From Vezdaea acicularis (taxonomy: Eukaryota), in assembly GCA_026025075.1 (NCBI GenBank), contig JAPEUI010000029.1, forward strand, positions 62,001 to 126,000: 64,000 nt of DNA, read 5' to 3'. Shown in pieces: positions 1 to 11,539 of the stretch. The position numbers and the translations under genes are program-made. The first letter of the stretch is position 1. Each line of letters begins with the position of its first letter. Below the pieces are notes generated by a model. It did not search any database. It was not told the DNA's origin and saw only the letters and a program-made list of their open reading frames with translations.

Positions 1-1081
1 CTCCCCTTCACCGCCAGATCACGCATCTCATCCATGCCAAAAAACGTACCGCGAACCCGGTGAGAGAGCTCAAACACAACACCACCACCACCCCGCCGCA
101 AGAAAACCCTTTCCGCGCATCCCCTACGCCCCACGAAATAGACACGTTGCTGAACCCTTGAGGGGGTGTGTCATGGGAAGGACAACCCGAAGCCACGGCC
201 CAGGGACTCTAACAACGGGAAAGGCACGGACGCCACGAAACGTCCAAGGCGGCCATGTTATGTATGTCTTTTCTAAGCTCCTCTCCGGCAGCACCGCCAG
301 TTGTTCCGATCTGCCAATCAGACAGCCGATCCACCACCCACCGCACATCATCGCGGAAGCTAGAATATTCCGGCTTGCAAGTCCTGGGCTCAGCGTGCAC
401 TATCAAGACACACGAGCAACCGGCGGACGCCCTTTCTGACCGCTACTGCTGTGTCACCGCGGGGCGAGTCGTCGCGCGATGCAAGCGTGGTGCGCTGCCC
501 AAAGTCCGCCTCTTTTTTTCTCTGGTGTCATGCACCCACGCTTTCGTCAGTTCGCGCCCTAGCCCGTCTGGCCCGTCTGGTTGGTCGCAAGAGGGCTGTT
601 CGGTGGAGCACACCAAATCGCTTTGGTCCGGCGGGAGGCAGGCTACTGTAGGCCCCCCGACCCTCGTCTTCTGAGACCCCTCCCATCAGCGCGGTCCGCC
701 GCCTACCCTGGCGCGAAGACGTGGGTGTCGCGACCAATCACCCGCAGCAGGCGGTCTCTACACCCAACAGGGACTGACTGGTGGAGAATTGAAACCCTAG
801 ACGAGGCGGCGTAGCCTCTCTCGTCCCCCAGTTCGAGAGGGAGGGGGCGGCCTCGCAGCGCAACTACCGCTACGCCTTTCCCTAACGCTGGATGAATTAC
901 CGGGTTGATCCTGGGAGCCTCGATGTATGTTTCCCTCCCTCCATCCCCTCATCATCGCTCTCCTAGCGCTTTGACCATTGCCCTCCTCCCTCGCACGCCT
1001 CTTTCCGGGCCCATCGAACACTGGCGGCGACGCCGCAGCATCTCTTTCGGCTCGAAGAAATGCATGCACGTCCGTTGCTGT

Positions 1082-1098
1082 GCAGCAGCAGCAGCAGC
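1082..1098. repeat. (GCA)5 microsatellite
   Basis: gcagcagcagcagcagc read directly. Confidence 0.85.
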
Positions 1099-1825
1099 GA
1101 CATTTCGTTCGCCCTCAAACCCTGCATTCGAAGCCCTCGTTGTGCACGACAGGCCCAGAGGCCATGTGTTTCGCATCCACCCAACCCAACCGTTCCAGCG
1201 AGCGGCCAGCGCCGGCTTGTGTCGTCCTCATCGTCGTCGGTGTTGTTGTTTTCCTACACACGCCCTGCAGCGGCGGACCCGGTTCATGCGGTTGATCATG
1301 CACTGATAAGCAAGATAGGATAGCAGGTTGTCGTCCAAGGCCCTGCTTGCACTGCAATTAGCTTTGTTGGCTGCCCTGATCAAGCCCTCGGTGAGGCCCG
1401 ATGCAGAAACATACCCCCTCCCCTTCCTCGTGTTGTTGTTCCTCCCCCTCGCACCCCCGGAAGTCCCAACCGAATCAACACTATCGATCTGAGTCTGTGC
1501 CTCGTCCGCCTCTGTCTCCTGAGGGGTGATGTCGCTATCGCCGGCGCGCATACCGCTGATCGATGGGTGCGTGAGGGATTCCCTCGCTATTCTCCTCGTT
1601 TTTTTTTCTTGTCTCCCGCGAGCGTGCCTTGCGTACTGTAGCGGCGTACCACCTCTGTCTTGCTAGAAGGGGGACGGGAACCAGCTTCGCTTGGAGCACG
1701 CGTGAAGCTTCGCTGCTCGACCGACTTTACCTCCCAGCCAGACCCTCCGATCTCCCAAGTCGTTCCGCCTAACCGAGCTTTTTCGCTGCCCAGCCCAGCA
1801 CCGCACCGCAGCCCAGCGTCCGTGA

Positions 1826-1861
1826 CCCAGCCCAGCCCAGCCCAGTCCAGTCCAGTTCCAG
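1826..1861. repeat. Degenerate CCCAG/TCCAG pentamer tandem repeat (about 7 units)
   Basis: cccag x4 followed by tccag tccag ttccag. Confidence 0.8.
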
Positions 1862-2704
1862 CGCCCGTCGCTCCTCCAGTGTTCGTACGTACTGTCATAG
1901 CAAAACGAGAACCCCTTCATGACCACCAGTCCCTCCTCCGTTTCACACCCTGCCCTGAACAAGCCCCCTCCTCCGCGACTGGCCCGCCCCGCCGGAGCTC
2001 TTACGCTCTTGAGAACGGGATATTTCGTCACGCTCATCTGTTCTTTGCTAATAGCCTCTCCTCCCCACTATTTTCTCGGACGTTGGCCTAGCTGGGAGAA
2101 CGGTCCGTGGAGGGCGTGGGTTTTGGTTGGGTGCGTGGTCGGCTGGAGTGTGGGAGGCTGGGGCGAAGACTGGCGGGCGGGATGGCTTGGGCGAGGCTGG
2201 ATAGGGGGGTGAGTCAGGAGGAGGGTTCGGCTGCGTGGCGAGGTGAGGTGAGGGGATGGGAGGTGTAGGTGTCTATTGTGAGTTGAGCAGAGGGAGAGGA
2301 AGGAAGGTTAGAGCCGCATCCTCGTGAAGCCCTTCTCGTCGTGAAGATGGATGCAGTTTTGGGTCATAAGGGAGGATGGGGATGATGAGGATACTTCGAT
2401 CTGTGAGAGTTAGCTAGATGGAGGAACGTCCCCCTTTTTCCCTTTCCCTTTCTCTCCTGCTCTCTCTCGCTCACCTCGGTTGCCTTCCCCCCCTTCTGAA
2501 AGTCCTATTGGTCATGAGCGCGCCCCCTTGGGATCAACCGCGCGTGCGTAGAGAGGGTGTGTTTAGATAGATCTTTGTTTATTCTAGTATCTGGTAGGAA
2601 ATCTAGCTAGGACTTCACGACGGACAGTGTTAGCTTGGATCCCCTGAGGTCGTGCGGGTGAAGGGGGGTTCCGTCCTGATGGTCATCGTCGCGACAGTGT
2701 CATC

Positions 2705-2722
2705 GTTGTTGTTGTTGTTGTT
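2705..2722. repeat. (GTT)6 microsatellite
   Basis: gttgttgttgttgttgtt read directly. Confidence 0.85.
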
Positions 2723-2919
2723 GTCGTTATCATCGTACTCGCCCTCGTCATCATGACAACTTCTTCATGCCTCAGACCCTCCTCACCCTCTGAGCAAGAG
2801 CCGCCGCGCACGAGACTTAACAACAACAAGCCAAAGGCTTCATCGTCCACCTACAGGGAAAAAGGAGCCCCCTCCCGGACAGACGAAGGAACGAAACGAA
2901 CAGAAAAACAAAGACTCAC

Positions 2920-4779
2920 TCACAGCTTACTCCCCACCTCCCGTACCACTCCCTCCTGGCTCTGAGCGACATCCTGCTGCGCGGCCTCTTCGGCGAACTG
3001 CCCTTTCTCCCCCTCCCAGATCGCAATGACTAACTTCCCAAACTGTCTTCCGCTCTTCATGACATCCCAGAGGGCATCCAGCGTCGCCAGATCTTCCAAC
3101 TGCCCGCCCTCTTCTTCTTCGTCTCCGCTCGTACGCTTCCCGGGTTTGGCTGCGGCGGCGGTAGGGTTGACGACGCGATCGACGACTGGCCTTATGCGGG
3201 AGGCGCGGACGAAGGCGAGCATGGCACGGAATTCGGCGCGGGAGCCCATGGTCGTGCCGCGGATGTCGATGTTTTTGAGGATGCAGGATATGGGGATGGG
3301 GAGGATGGGGGAGGTGGTCAGGCCGTAGATTACGAGGACGCCGCCGGGCTGTGGGGGGGTTAGTTGGTTTTGTGCTGAAGGAAGAGAGAGGGAGGAAAGT
3401 GAAGGATGGTTGGGTTTGTGGCGGTGCTTGGGGAGAAAGAAAGGGGGGAAGTAGTCGATTGAGATGATGGGGTTTGCGCTGGTTATTGCAGAAGGAAACG
3501 GTGTGGACGTTCGAAAGAAATGAATGAGGTGAGATATGCTTGGATAGAGAGAGAGAGAGGGATAGAGAAGATAGCGGAAACAGGATAGGACGACTGCGTT
3601 CGAGGGAAGGAAAGGGGTTGTGAATAAGTGGAGGGGTGAGAAGGAGCTGAGTGAGTCCGAGACTCGAAGGGAAGTAGCTGGAGCGCTGACTGTAATACAG
3701 ATCAAAGTGAACAAGCTCCGACGCCCGAGGTAGAAGGATGCGCCAGCTGCAAAAACATCGAGGGATCCTAGGTACAAGCCTGACCTATCGAGGCAATGCT
3801 CAGGAGTAGCAAACGACGTTCAGAGAGAAAAGAAATTGATGCTTAGATGTGACGGCGATACTTAAAGAAGATTTCACATACCTTCAAGAGCTTCGCGGCC
3901 TTCTCCCCAATGTTTCCACCAGCTCCGTCAATAATGGCGTCGACATACTTTCGTCCCTCCGGCAGCATGGCCGTCAGCGTCTTTTCCCACTTCTCATCTT
4001 TGTAGCTCACACCGCCCTTCGCGCCCAGCTCCATCGCCTTGTCGATCTTCTCCTGGCTACCACTACTCACATAGACATTACACTCCTTGGACACTCCAAA
4101 GATCAAAGCCATCAGGGCCACGCCCCCGCCGATACCGGTAACCAAGATGTTCCGTCCCTTCTCTGCATTCCCGCTCTTCGTCACGAGGGCGCGCCAAGCC
4201 GTCAGTCCAGTCAAAGGCAGCGCCGCTGCTTCAGCAGGGCTCAGATGCTTTGGCGACTCCTCGACCTCGTCCGCAGGGACGCATACGTACTCCTGGAGCG
4301 TACCAACGGGCGTCGCCTTTGTGCCTCCGAGAATAGCATACCTCTTCTCCGGCGCGATTGGATCAGACTCCCAGCCCACTCCCGGGCAGAGGATGACACG
4401 CTTGTCTAGGAAGGCTTTAGCATGAGAGGCCAAACCAGTTGATACGACGATTCCGTGGCCGTCGGCAAGGAGGGGGACGTCGAACGTCACTCCAGGGTAG
4501 AGGGCTTGTCGGATGAAGAGATCACGGTGGTTGAGGGCCGCATGGGTTAGGCGGATGAGCACTTCATCCTCTTTGGGGGTCGGGAGCGGGACTTGGGTAA
4601 GGGACAGGCTAGGAGCTGGTCAGCGGAGGACTCCTGGGAAGGGGTAGAATGCAGGGGCGCGTTGCGCTCAAGGTAAGGGGTTCCCTTTGTGACGCGATAC
4701 GATAGTAGAACAATACTTACGGATAGTAGACCTGTCCAGGTTTGCCCTCAACATGGCTTATAGTAATAGCCTTTGGCAT
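2920..4779 (-). CDS. Medium-chain dehydrogenase/reductase (alcohol dehydrogenase-like/quinone oxidoreductase-like), 3 exons, C-terminal SKL (PTS1)
   Basis: Exons 4779-4721 (MPKAITISHVEGKPGQVYY), 4608-3882 and 3348-2920. Motifs AALNHRDL, AAALPLTGLTAWRAL, TGIGGGVA and RQFGKLV. GT-AG introns with CTGAC/CTAAC branch sites. Confidence 0.9.
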
Positions 4780-5704
4780 CTTGTTGATTGTTCAAGAAGA
4801 TGTATCAATTGCAAACGGCCGCGAGAGACGATTGGATAAGTATGAAGAGCATTGAAGATTCGGGGCGTCTTCAATGGGAAAAGGAAGAACCAGTCATTGT
4901 ACGCCCATACAATTCCTTTAGTCAGAACCCGAGAAATTCCTCGACGTCAGAGCTCCTGCAGGTCTGCCGTTATGCCGAGTCCGTCGATCGGAAAAGCCGA
5001 AATGGGCGGAATCGCGGGGTAGCTTCGGAGGTGCCATAATCTCCTGCAAAGCTGCCAAAACTCTGTATTAAATGGAATTGAAAGGCTTTTTGAACGAATT
5101 GAGAAATGCTTGAAGAGAGGAATTGACTCCTGAGCAAAGGGACACAGCTTAGGTTTCCGTCGTGACAGTGCCACGTCAGAGATTTTCCGCTTAGCCACTC
5201 AGGACGACATCGGAGTCTGACGTGCAGCGAATGCTCATTTGACTTTAGACTAATAAATACCATGTCCATTCATCGCAGTCATATTTTCTATTTGCTGGCA
5301 GCATATTGAATTATTTTTAGATACAAGTAGTGAACGCAGGACATGTTTTGTGAATTTTTAATGCTACTATACGCTTCCCAGGTTCACCCTTATTTACTTT
5401 TGCTCTTCAAACATGCCGCATCGCTCGGAACAACTTAATCCCTGGTCGTGGAACTTACGTAGTTCAGTCCTCATAGTCTGTGCCACTTCCCAGCACTAGT
5501 ATCCAACCATTCTCCGCTTTTCAATTGGCTGGTAGTGCCTTCTGGATGTGGGGAACATCATATTCCGGCCAAGTCTTCTGACTTATAAGTCCGAAAGCCT
5601 TGACAAGGGCAGAGTGCCATCCGCACCACTGAACTTCATGAGATCCGCGAGGTTTTTCATATCACGCTAGCAACTAACGTTTTCTGCTCTTGAATTTACC
5701 CTCA

Positions 5705-7905
5705 ATGGCTACTGCTGAGGCGATAACTTCTCCAAGTCTCCGGAGAGAGCCCGGTTCATTTTGCATTGGCGCTGCTTGCTATCCCCAGAAGACACTGAAT
5801 TCCGATATTGACGCCGAAAAGGTCGTTAGCAAATGGATCGACTCTTTCATTGGGGCTTTGAATAGTACAGACTATTCCAAGCTTTCGAATCTCTTTCTGA
5901 AAGAATCATACTGGAGAGATCAACTTTCTTTATCATGGGATTTCCACACTCTTAAGGGGCCGGAGCATATCATCTCTTTTCTTAAAAACAACAAGAATGG
6001 AGGCCGGCTTGAGAAGATTTCAATAGACAGTTCCAGTGCTCTTCGGAGCCCCAAGGTTGCTCCATTCGACTTTGGCGGGACTATCAAAGGAGTACAGTCC
6101 TTTCTGACAATCGAGACAGACATTGGTAGAGGCCGGGGCTTAGTAAGGCTGATGCAATGCCCAGTGGATGGTGCATGGAAATCATATACCCTCTTTACCA
6201 CTATACATGAATTTAAAGGTTATGAGGAATTAGTGGGTGGTCGGCGTCCCTTAGGCGTCAATCACGGAGGTCAGCCTGATCGTATGAATTGGCAGGAGCG
6301 GAGGGAGAGTTTGCAGAACTTTGAGGGTGGCCAAGAGCCGACAGTTCTGATTGTCGGTAAGAATCAAACGTTCTGTATACTACTGCTCTTATCATACGAG
6401 CGATGCATGATCAAATATGCCCCTTTTCGCTATATGACCCATTTCTCGCATTAGGGGCATTGGCCGGACGAGTATAAGCTAATCTAATGAATAGGGGCTG
6501 GGCAAGGTGGGCTCACAATAGCCGCCCGGCTTAAAGTGCTTGGAGTAGAATCCTTGATCGTTGACAGGAACGAAAGGGTCGGCGACAATTGGCGTAACAG
6601 ATATCACCATTTAGTCCTCCATGATCCCGTTTGGTACGATCACATGCCGTACCTCAGCTTTCCGCCTCATTGGCCAGTCTTCACACCGAAAGACAAACTC
6701 GGAGACTGGTTTGAATCTTATGCCAGTGCCCTCGAACTGAATGTTTGGATGAAGACGAGCATCAAAAGCTCAGTCTGGGAAGATGACAAGAGGCAGTGGA
6801 CAGTGGTTTCTGAGCGTGTACGAGATGGCAAGACGGAGACTCGTAAGTTCAGTACTAAACAAGGGGTCCTTCAGCTATTAACTTTATGCAGGGACCATAC
6901 ATCCTCGGCACGTTATACAGGCGACAGGCCATTCCGGCGAACCCTATTTTCCGTCACATATCAAAGGAATCGAAAGCTTCAAGGGCGACTTGCTGACACA
7001 CTCCTCAAAGTTTGTAGGAGCGAAAAAGGACGGCAAAGGCAAGGGAAAGCATGCCGTTATTGTTGGCTGCTGCAATTCAGGACACGACATTGCGCAAGAC
7101 TACTACGAGAGCGGCTATGAGTCGGTGACTATGGTCCAAAGATCTTCAACCTATGTGATCAGCAGTAGTGGAGTCACAGATGTCCTTCTCGCAGGGCTCT
7201 ACGTAGAGGGCGGAGTAAGACCCTTAGCCCCTTTGACAGAAGTTCGATCCCTGATATTTCCTAGCCACCTACCGAGGATGCGGATCTGATCAGCCAGTCC
7301 ATCCCTAACCACGTCATCAAGCGTATGCACCAGGACGCCACTGCCGAAATTGCCCGCCGGGACAAGCCTTTGCTTGACGGACTCACCAAAGCCGGGTTCA
7401 AGCTCAATTCCGGACCCGACGACTCAGGTCTGTTCAACACGTACTTTCAGGTATTCACAATCCCATCTTGCCCATCCAACGGCTATGTATCTAACCATTG
7501 CAACAGCGTGGTGGCGGGTACTACATCGACGTCGGCGCCTCCCAACTGATCGTAGACGGGAAAATCAAGATCAAACAAGGCCAAGAAATCACATCCGTGA
7601 ACGCACACTCCCTCTCCTTCGCCGACGACACCGAGCTCCCAGCCGACGAGATCGTCTTCGCCACCGGCTACAAGAACATGCGCGAGACCGCCCGCGCCAT
7701 CTTCGGCGAAGCCGTCTATCGCCGCACGAAAGACATCTGGGGCTACGACGAGGAAGGGGAGCTGAGGACCATCTGGCGCCGCTCCAGCCACCCCGGCTTC
7801 TGGTTCTTTGGCGGGAATTTCGCGCTCTGTAGGTATTACTCGCGTTTGCTGGCCTTGCAGATCCTGGCGCTGGAGAAGGGGCTTGCGAAGTGGGAAGATC
7901 AGTAG
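5705..7905 (+). CDS. Flavin-containing monooxygenase (FMO-like) with N-terminal SnoaL-like extension, 5 exons
   Basis: Spliced LIVGAGQGG FAD motif (intron 6357-6494), GDNWRNRY..L.LHDPVW, HSS, VGCCNSGHDIAQD, MVQRS, GGGYYIDVG, VFATGY. Stop at 7905. Confidence 0.92.
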
Positions 7906-8242
7906 GCTGAAGTATAGGGTGAGGGCTTCTATGTATAGGTTCAAATTGTTTGTGATGGGAAGATATGGAGCTGATCTATGCTTACTCGTGGGACTAGAAA
8001 GTAGTGTGATACTGTCTGGACAATAAGTTCTAGCCTCTCGGGAGAGAAGAATCGTAAAACCTGGACAGTGCAAGAGTGTCACTCCTTCCAAGCAGCTCGA
8101 AGAAGCACGAGTGCCGAAGAAAGCACATCGTACATCCCCCATCCCATCACACCCCGTTTACCCAAACCAGTATGTTCATCCAAACCATCCCCACCCCACC
8201 TCCTCCTCACCTCCCTCCCTCCTTTCGCCGTCCCATACCACT

Positions 8243-11059
8243 CTAAACCTTCAAACCATCCAACCTATCCCTCAACCTCCCCCACTCCTCCGTCTCCTCA
8301 AACCCCTCGGCCCTGCCCAGTACAGACCTAACCGCACTCCTCGCCTTCCCCCTCCAATCCTTCGCAACCAATTTCTCCCCTGCCTCTGCACCCTCCGTAT
8401 CTCGCATCGGGCCCAAAGATTCATACGCATCGACAAGCTCCAGCGTTGCTTGCGCAACAACCTTCCATTGTGTATCCCCATCAGCGGGATCGGCCCAGCC
8501 GGAGCGCGTGAGTGTGCGCCAAGCCTTCTCCTCAGCGAGAAGGGCGGAGGCGGGGCGGTTGCGCCAGCGGGCGAGAGTAGCGACGGAGTGGTAGAGGGCG
8601 GGGTTGTGGGAGATGAGGGGGGAGACTTTCGTGTCGACTAGCTGGACGACGAGGCGGTCGAGGCCTGGGCGGGTGGGGTTGTAGGGTTGCGGGTCGTTGT
8701 CGGAGGAGGAAGAGGAGGAGGAGGTGGTGACGTGGTGGACGAGGCGGGCGAGGATGTCGGCGTCGATACAGGCGTCGCCTATGCTGGGGCCGCGGAGGTC
8801 GATGATGCGTGTGAGGGCGGTGACGACGTGGGGGTAGGAGGGGAGGGAGGCGGCGACGAGGAGGACGTTTTCCCAGATTTTCCAGCTGTCGCGCTTGAGG
8901 GAGGCGGCGCGGGCGAAGGCGTGGAGGGCATCGCGTTTGTAGCGGTTGGGGTCTTCCGGGTCGGAGTCGGGGATGTGGTCGTCGAGGGAGGTATTCTCGG
9001 GGAGGGGAGAACCTTGTGGCCAGTGGTTGGAGTCGGCTTTGCGTTTGAGGATGGCGGTCGCGAGGTTGCTCCAGGATTCGGCGTCAGTGTCGTCGAGCTT
9101 GACGGCGCGGGAGAAGGCGTCGGCGGCAAAGTCCCACTTGGCCAGTTCGAGGTAGCAGCAGCCGAGAGCAAAACAGGTCGTTTGGTCATTCCGCTGGATG
9201 CGGAGGGAGAGCTTGTAGGCTGTGGCGGCTTTGTCGTATTGCTTCCTGGCAAAGTAGTGGCGGCCTAGGGAGCGCTGTGCGCGTGAATATCTCCCCTCCG
9301 AGATCTCCCAGGCGCGTTCGTAGAATGCTGGCTCGGCGTCCATGTCTCCTAGTATGCAGAAGAGTCTCGCGGCATCTGCTGGTAAGGGGGACCGTTCTTC
9401 TCCCTCCCACATTTCAAAGTCTTCGTTTATCTTCGCAGCAGGGTTTATTGGGTGGAACAAGAGTTTTCTGATGATCTTTCGACCTTTATCCTCTTGGTCC
9501 ACTCCTGCCCAGCAGAGTGCAACTTCTGCCCACATCTGCAGTCGTTCATAGATCTCCAATGCCGTTCGCAGTCCTCCAAGGCTGACCCATCGCGCTGCCA
9601 GTTCGGCCTCGAGCTCCCATCTCGTAGGCGAGCACAGCATATGGACATAGAAGAGCCGTTCCACAGCGCTTGCCGATTCCGATTCCTTTAGCCTGGGGAG
9701 AAACGTGGCGGATTCCGAAGCCTTCCCCTGTGTGTCTGCAATGATTTGATCTACCAAGGCCTGCAACTGGAGTACCCCTCGCTCGACGGTCCGAGCCCGG
9801 TACCCTTCGATTCGGCTTCTCACCAAGAGGGCCTGAGTGTAGATTTGCCAGTTGCTACTCCCGCCTTCAAGAACACGAGTTGCATACGGAAGTGTCTCCT
9901 CACGGGTCAGTCCATCTGCTGGGGATTGGTTTGTGATAGACGAAGCGAGTAGTAGTAGGATTATAGAATCGTGAGGGCTTAGCTGTGGCTGTGCGGATGG
10001 ATCAAGAGACTTTAGTGACTCTGGGAGAGCGGACTCATCTTCGATAGGTTTCGGTAGGTTGTTTGCTCCCTTGTTATATGCTATCGATTCGAGGAGAGTA
10101 TCATCGTTCAGATCTAGTGTCTTGGGTTTCGCCGCATTTTCCGTAGTCTCGTCAGGCGTAGCAGTCTTGACGCTTTCCACATGGGCTGTAGAAGTTGTAT
10201 GGTCATCGCTGGGTTTGCTCCGTGCGAGAACGACAAGTTGACTAAGGTCCCGGTCCTGGAATTTCGTCCGTTTTCCGAGAAGTCCGGTGAGAACAAAATC
10301 AAACCCTGAAAGTTCCCTCGCCCTTTCCAAGTCAGCTCGCGCTTTGGTATCATGTCCGTAGTACAAGTGAATCGTTGCCCTTTCCAGCAAAAACTCAATA
10401 TAATTTTTGGTGTATTGTGGGGCAGCATCCTTCAATTGCTCCTCACCTGACTCTAGGCTTGTGTAAATTGATGACTCAAGAGATGAAACAGGCTCATTCA
10501 GTAAGCGTTGATGCATGAAATCCACTCTAGCCTTGTGCTCTAGAGCGGAGGTACTAGTAAGGATGCCCGGATGATCAAATATAATCTTGGAAAGCCAAAA
10601 TAGCGGAAGGTCAGGGATGAGCGGGTACGCCGCCACGCCGTCCACGGCCAAGCTCTTCACGTTATGCCTTCGAGTAGCATCGTTCCTGTAGTATTTAGGA
10701 AGAACTAGCTCCTCTACTGAAAACGGCAGAGGTGGCCCGGTGACATTGCTCTGCATAAAAGCGAGGAGTGCTTTTATGCCCAGCGTTTCAATGCTAGCCC
10801 GGATGGCGGAAAAGCTCGTTGAATCAACCAACTCCAGTAAGAGGAGAATGTCTAGTCTGTCCCTAACAAGCTGGATCCATGGTACCTGAGCACTGGATGG
10901 TTCTTTTTCTCCGATTTTGTAGCCACAGATAACCCGCCCCATACGATATCGGGTTTGGATTTCTGCGTTACTGGTTTCTGCGTCACCATCGGTACTGGAA
11001 TTCTGGTGGAAAAGGTAATCTATAAAGCCCTCATACTCAGAATCTGATGGTGCGTCCAT
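8243..11059 (-). CDS. EMW1: TPR protein, essential for maintenance of cell wall (Emw1/TTC27 ortholog)
   Basis: 938-aa intronless ORF with LTGLLGKRTKFQ, NWQIYTQALLVRSR.E, ERGVLQLQALVDQ, YSRAQRSLG, ESWSNLA and WKIWEN TPR motifs. Confidence 0.88.
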   Translation of the reverse strand: MDAPSDSEYEGFIDYLFHQNSSTDGDAETSNAEIQTRYRMGRVICGYKIGEKEPSSAQVPWIQLVRDRLDILLLLELVDSTSFSAIRASIETLGIKALLAFMQSNVTGPPLPFSVEELVLPKYYRNDATRRHNVKSLAVDGVAAYPLIPDLPLFWLSKIIFDHPGILTSTSALEHKARVDFMHQRLLNEPVSSLESSIYTSLESGEEQLKDAAPQYTKNYIEFLLERATIHLYYGHDTKARADLERARELSGFDFVLTGLLGKRTKFQDRDLSQLVVLARSKPSDDHTTSTAHVESVKTATPDETTENAAKPKTLDLNDDTLLESIAYNKGANNLPKPIEDESALPESLKSLDPSAQPQLSPHDSIILLLLASSITNQSPADGLTREETLPYATRVLEGGSSNWQIYTQALLVRSRIEGYRARTVERGVLQLQALVDQIIADTQGKASESATFLPRLKESESASAVERLFYVHMLCSPTRWELEAELAARWVSLGGLRTALEIYERLQMWAEVALCWAGVDQEDKGRKIIRKLLFHPINPAAKINEDFEMWEGEERSPLPADAARLFCILGDMDAEPAFYERAWEISEGRYSRAQRSLGRHYFARKQYDKAATAYKLSLRIQRNDQTTCFALGCCYLELAKWDFAADAFSRAVKLDDTDAESWSNLATAILKRKADSNHWPQGSPLPENTSLDDHIPDSDPEDPNRYKRDALHAFARAASLKRDSWKIWENVLLVAASLPSYPHVVTALTRIIDLRGPSIGDACIDADILARLVHHVTTSSSSSSSDNDPQPYNPTRPGLDRLVVQLVDTKVSPLISHNPALYHSVATLARWRNRPASALLAEEKAWRTLTRSGWADPADGDTQWKVVAQATLELVDAYESLGPMRDTEGAEAGEKLVAKDWRGKARSAVRSVLGRAEGFEETEEWGRLRDRLDGLKV

Positions 11060-11539
11060 TCTTTATGACATGATTTTTCTTGATGTGCGATCTTGTACCA
11101 ACGAGCTGCGTAGGTTCTACAGTTCTACGCCACTCGAGGTTTTGGAACGGCAACGGTCGACGAGAATTGGTAGATTTCACAACATCGTGGCGAAAATTAC
11201 GCGGGGGGCGTGTATCGTCAACTCGCGCTTTTTAGGCGACCTTCACACATCACACAGCCAGTGCTACATAGCATTGTTCCATATAGACTATTCATTTGCA
11301 AACTATCTATTCTATCTGCAGAACTCAGCAATCGAAAGCAAAACACCCTTGATGCGCGGAGCATAAGCCGCTATTTGAATGCACATTGAATGGAATCGCA
11401 AAGGTATTGAAGTCAAAGACGGCCCCCACAAGAACACCTCGTGCTACTTCATTAAGCTTTTCCCGTTCCCTTGGCCCCGCCCCGTAAACCCAGACGATTA
11501 TAAGGAAAGAACAAAGGAAATGTGGTTCCGAATGTGCAT

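Noticed and set aside
2920..3777. 285-aa ORF as an independent gene
   Set aside because: Its C-terminal half is exon 3 of the MDR gene and the rest is intron read-through from a non-ATG start.
8687..9268. Gly/Val-rich and Pro/Thr/Ser-rich ORFs overlapping EMW1
   Set aside because: Alternative-frame artefacts of the local GC skew.
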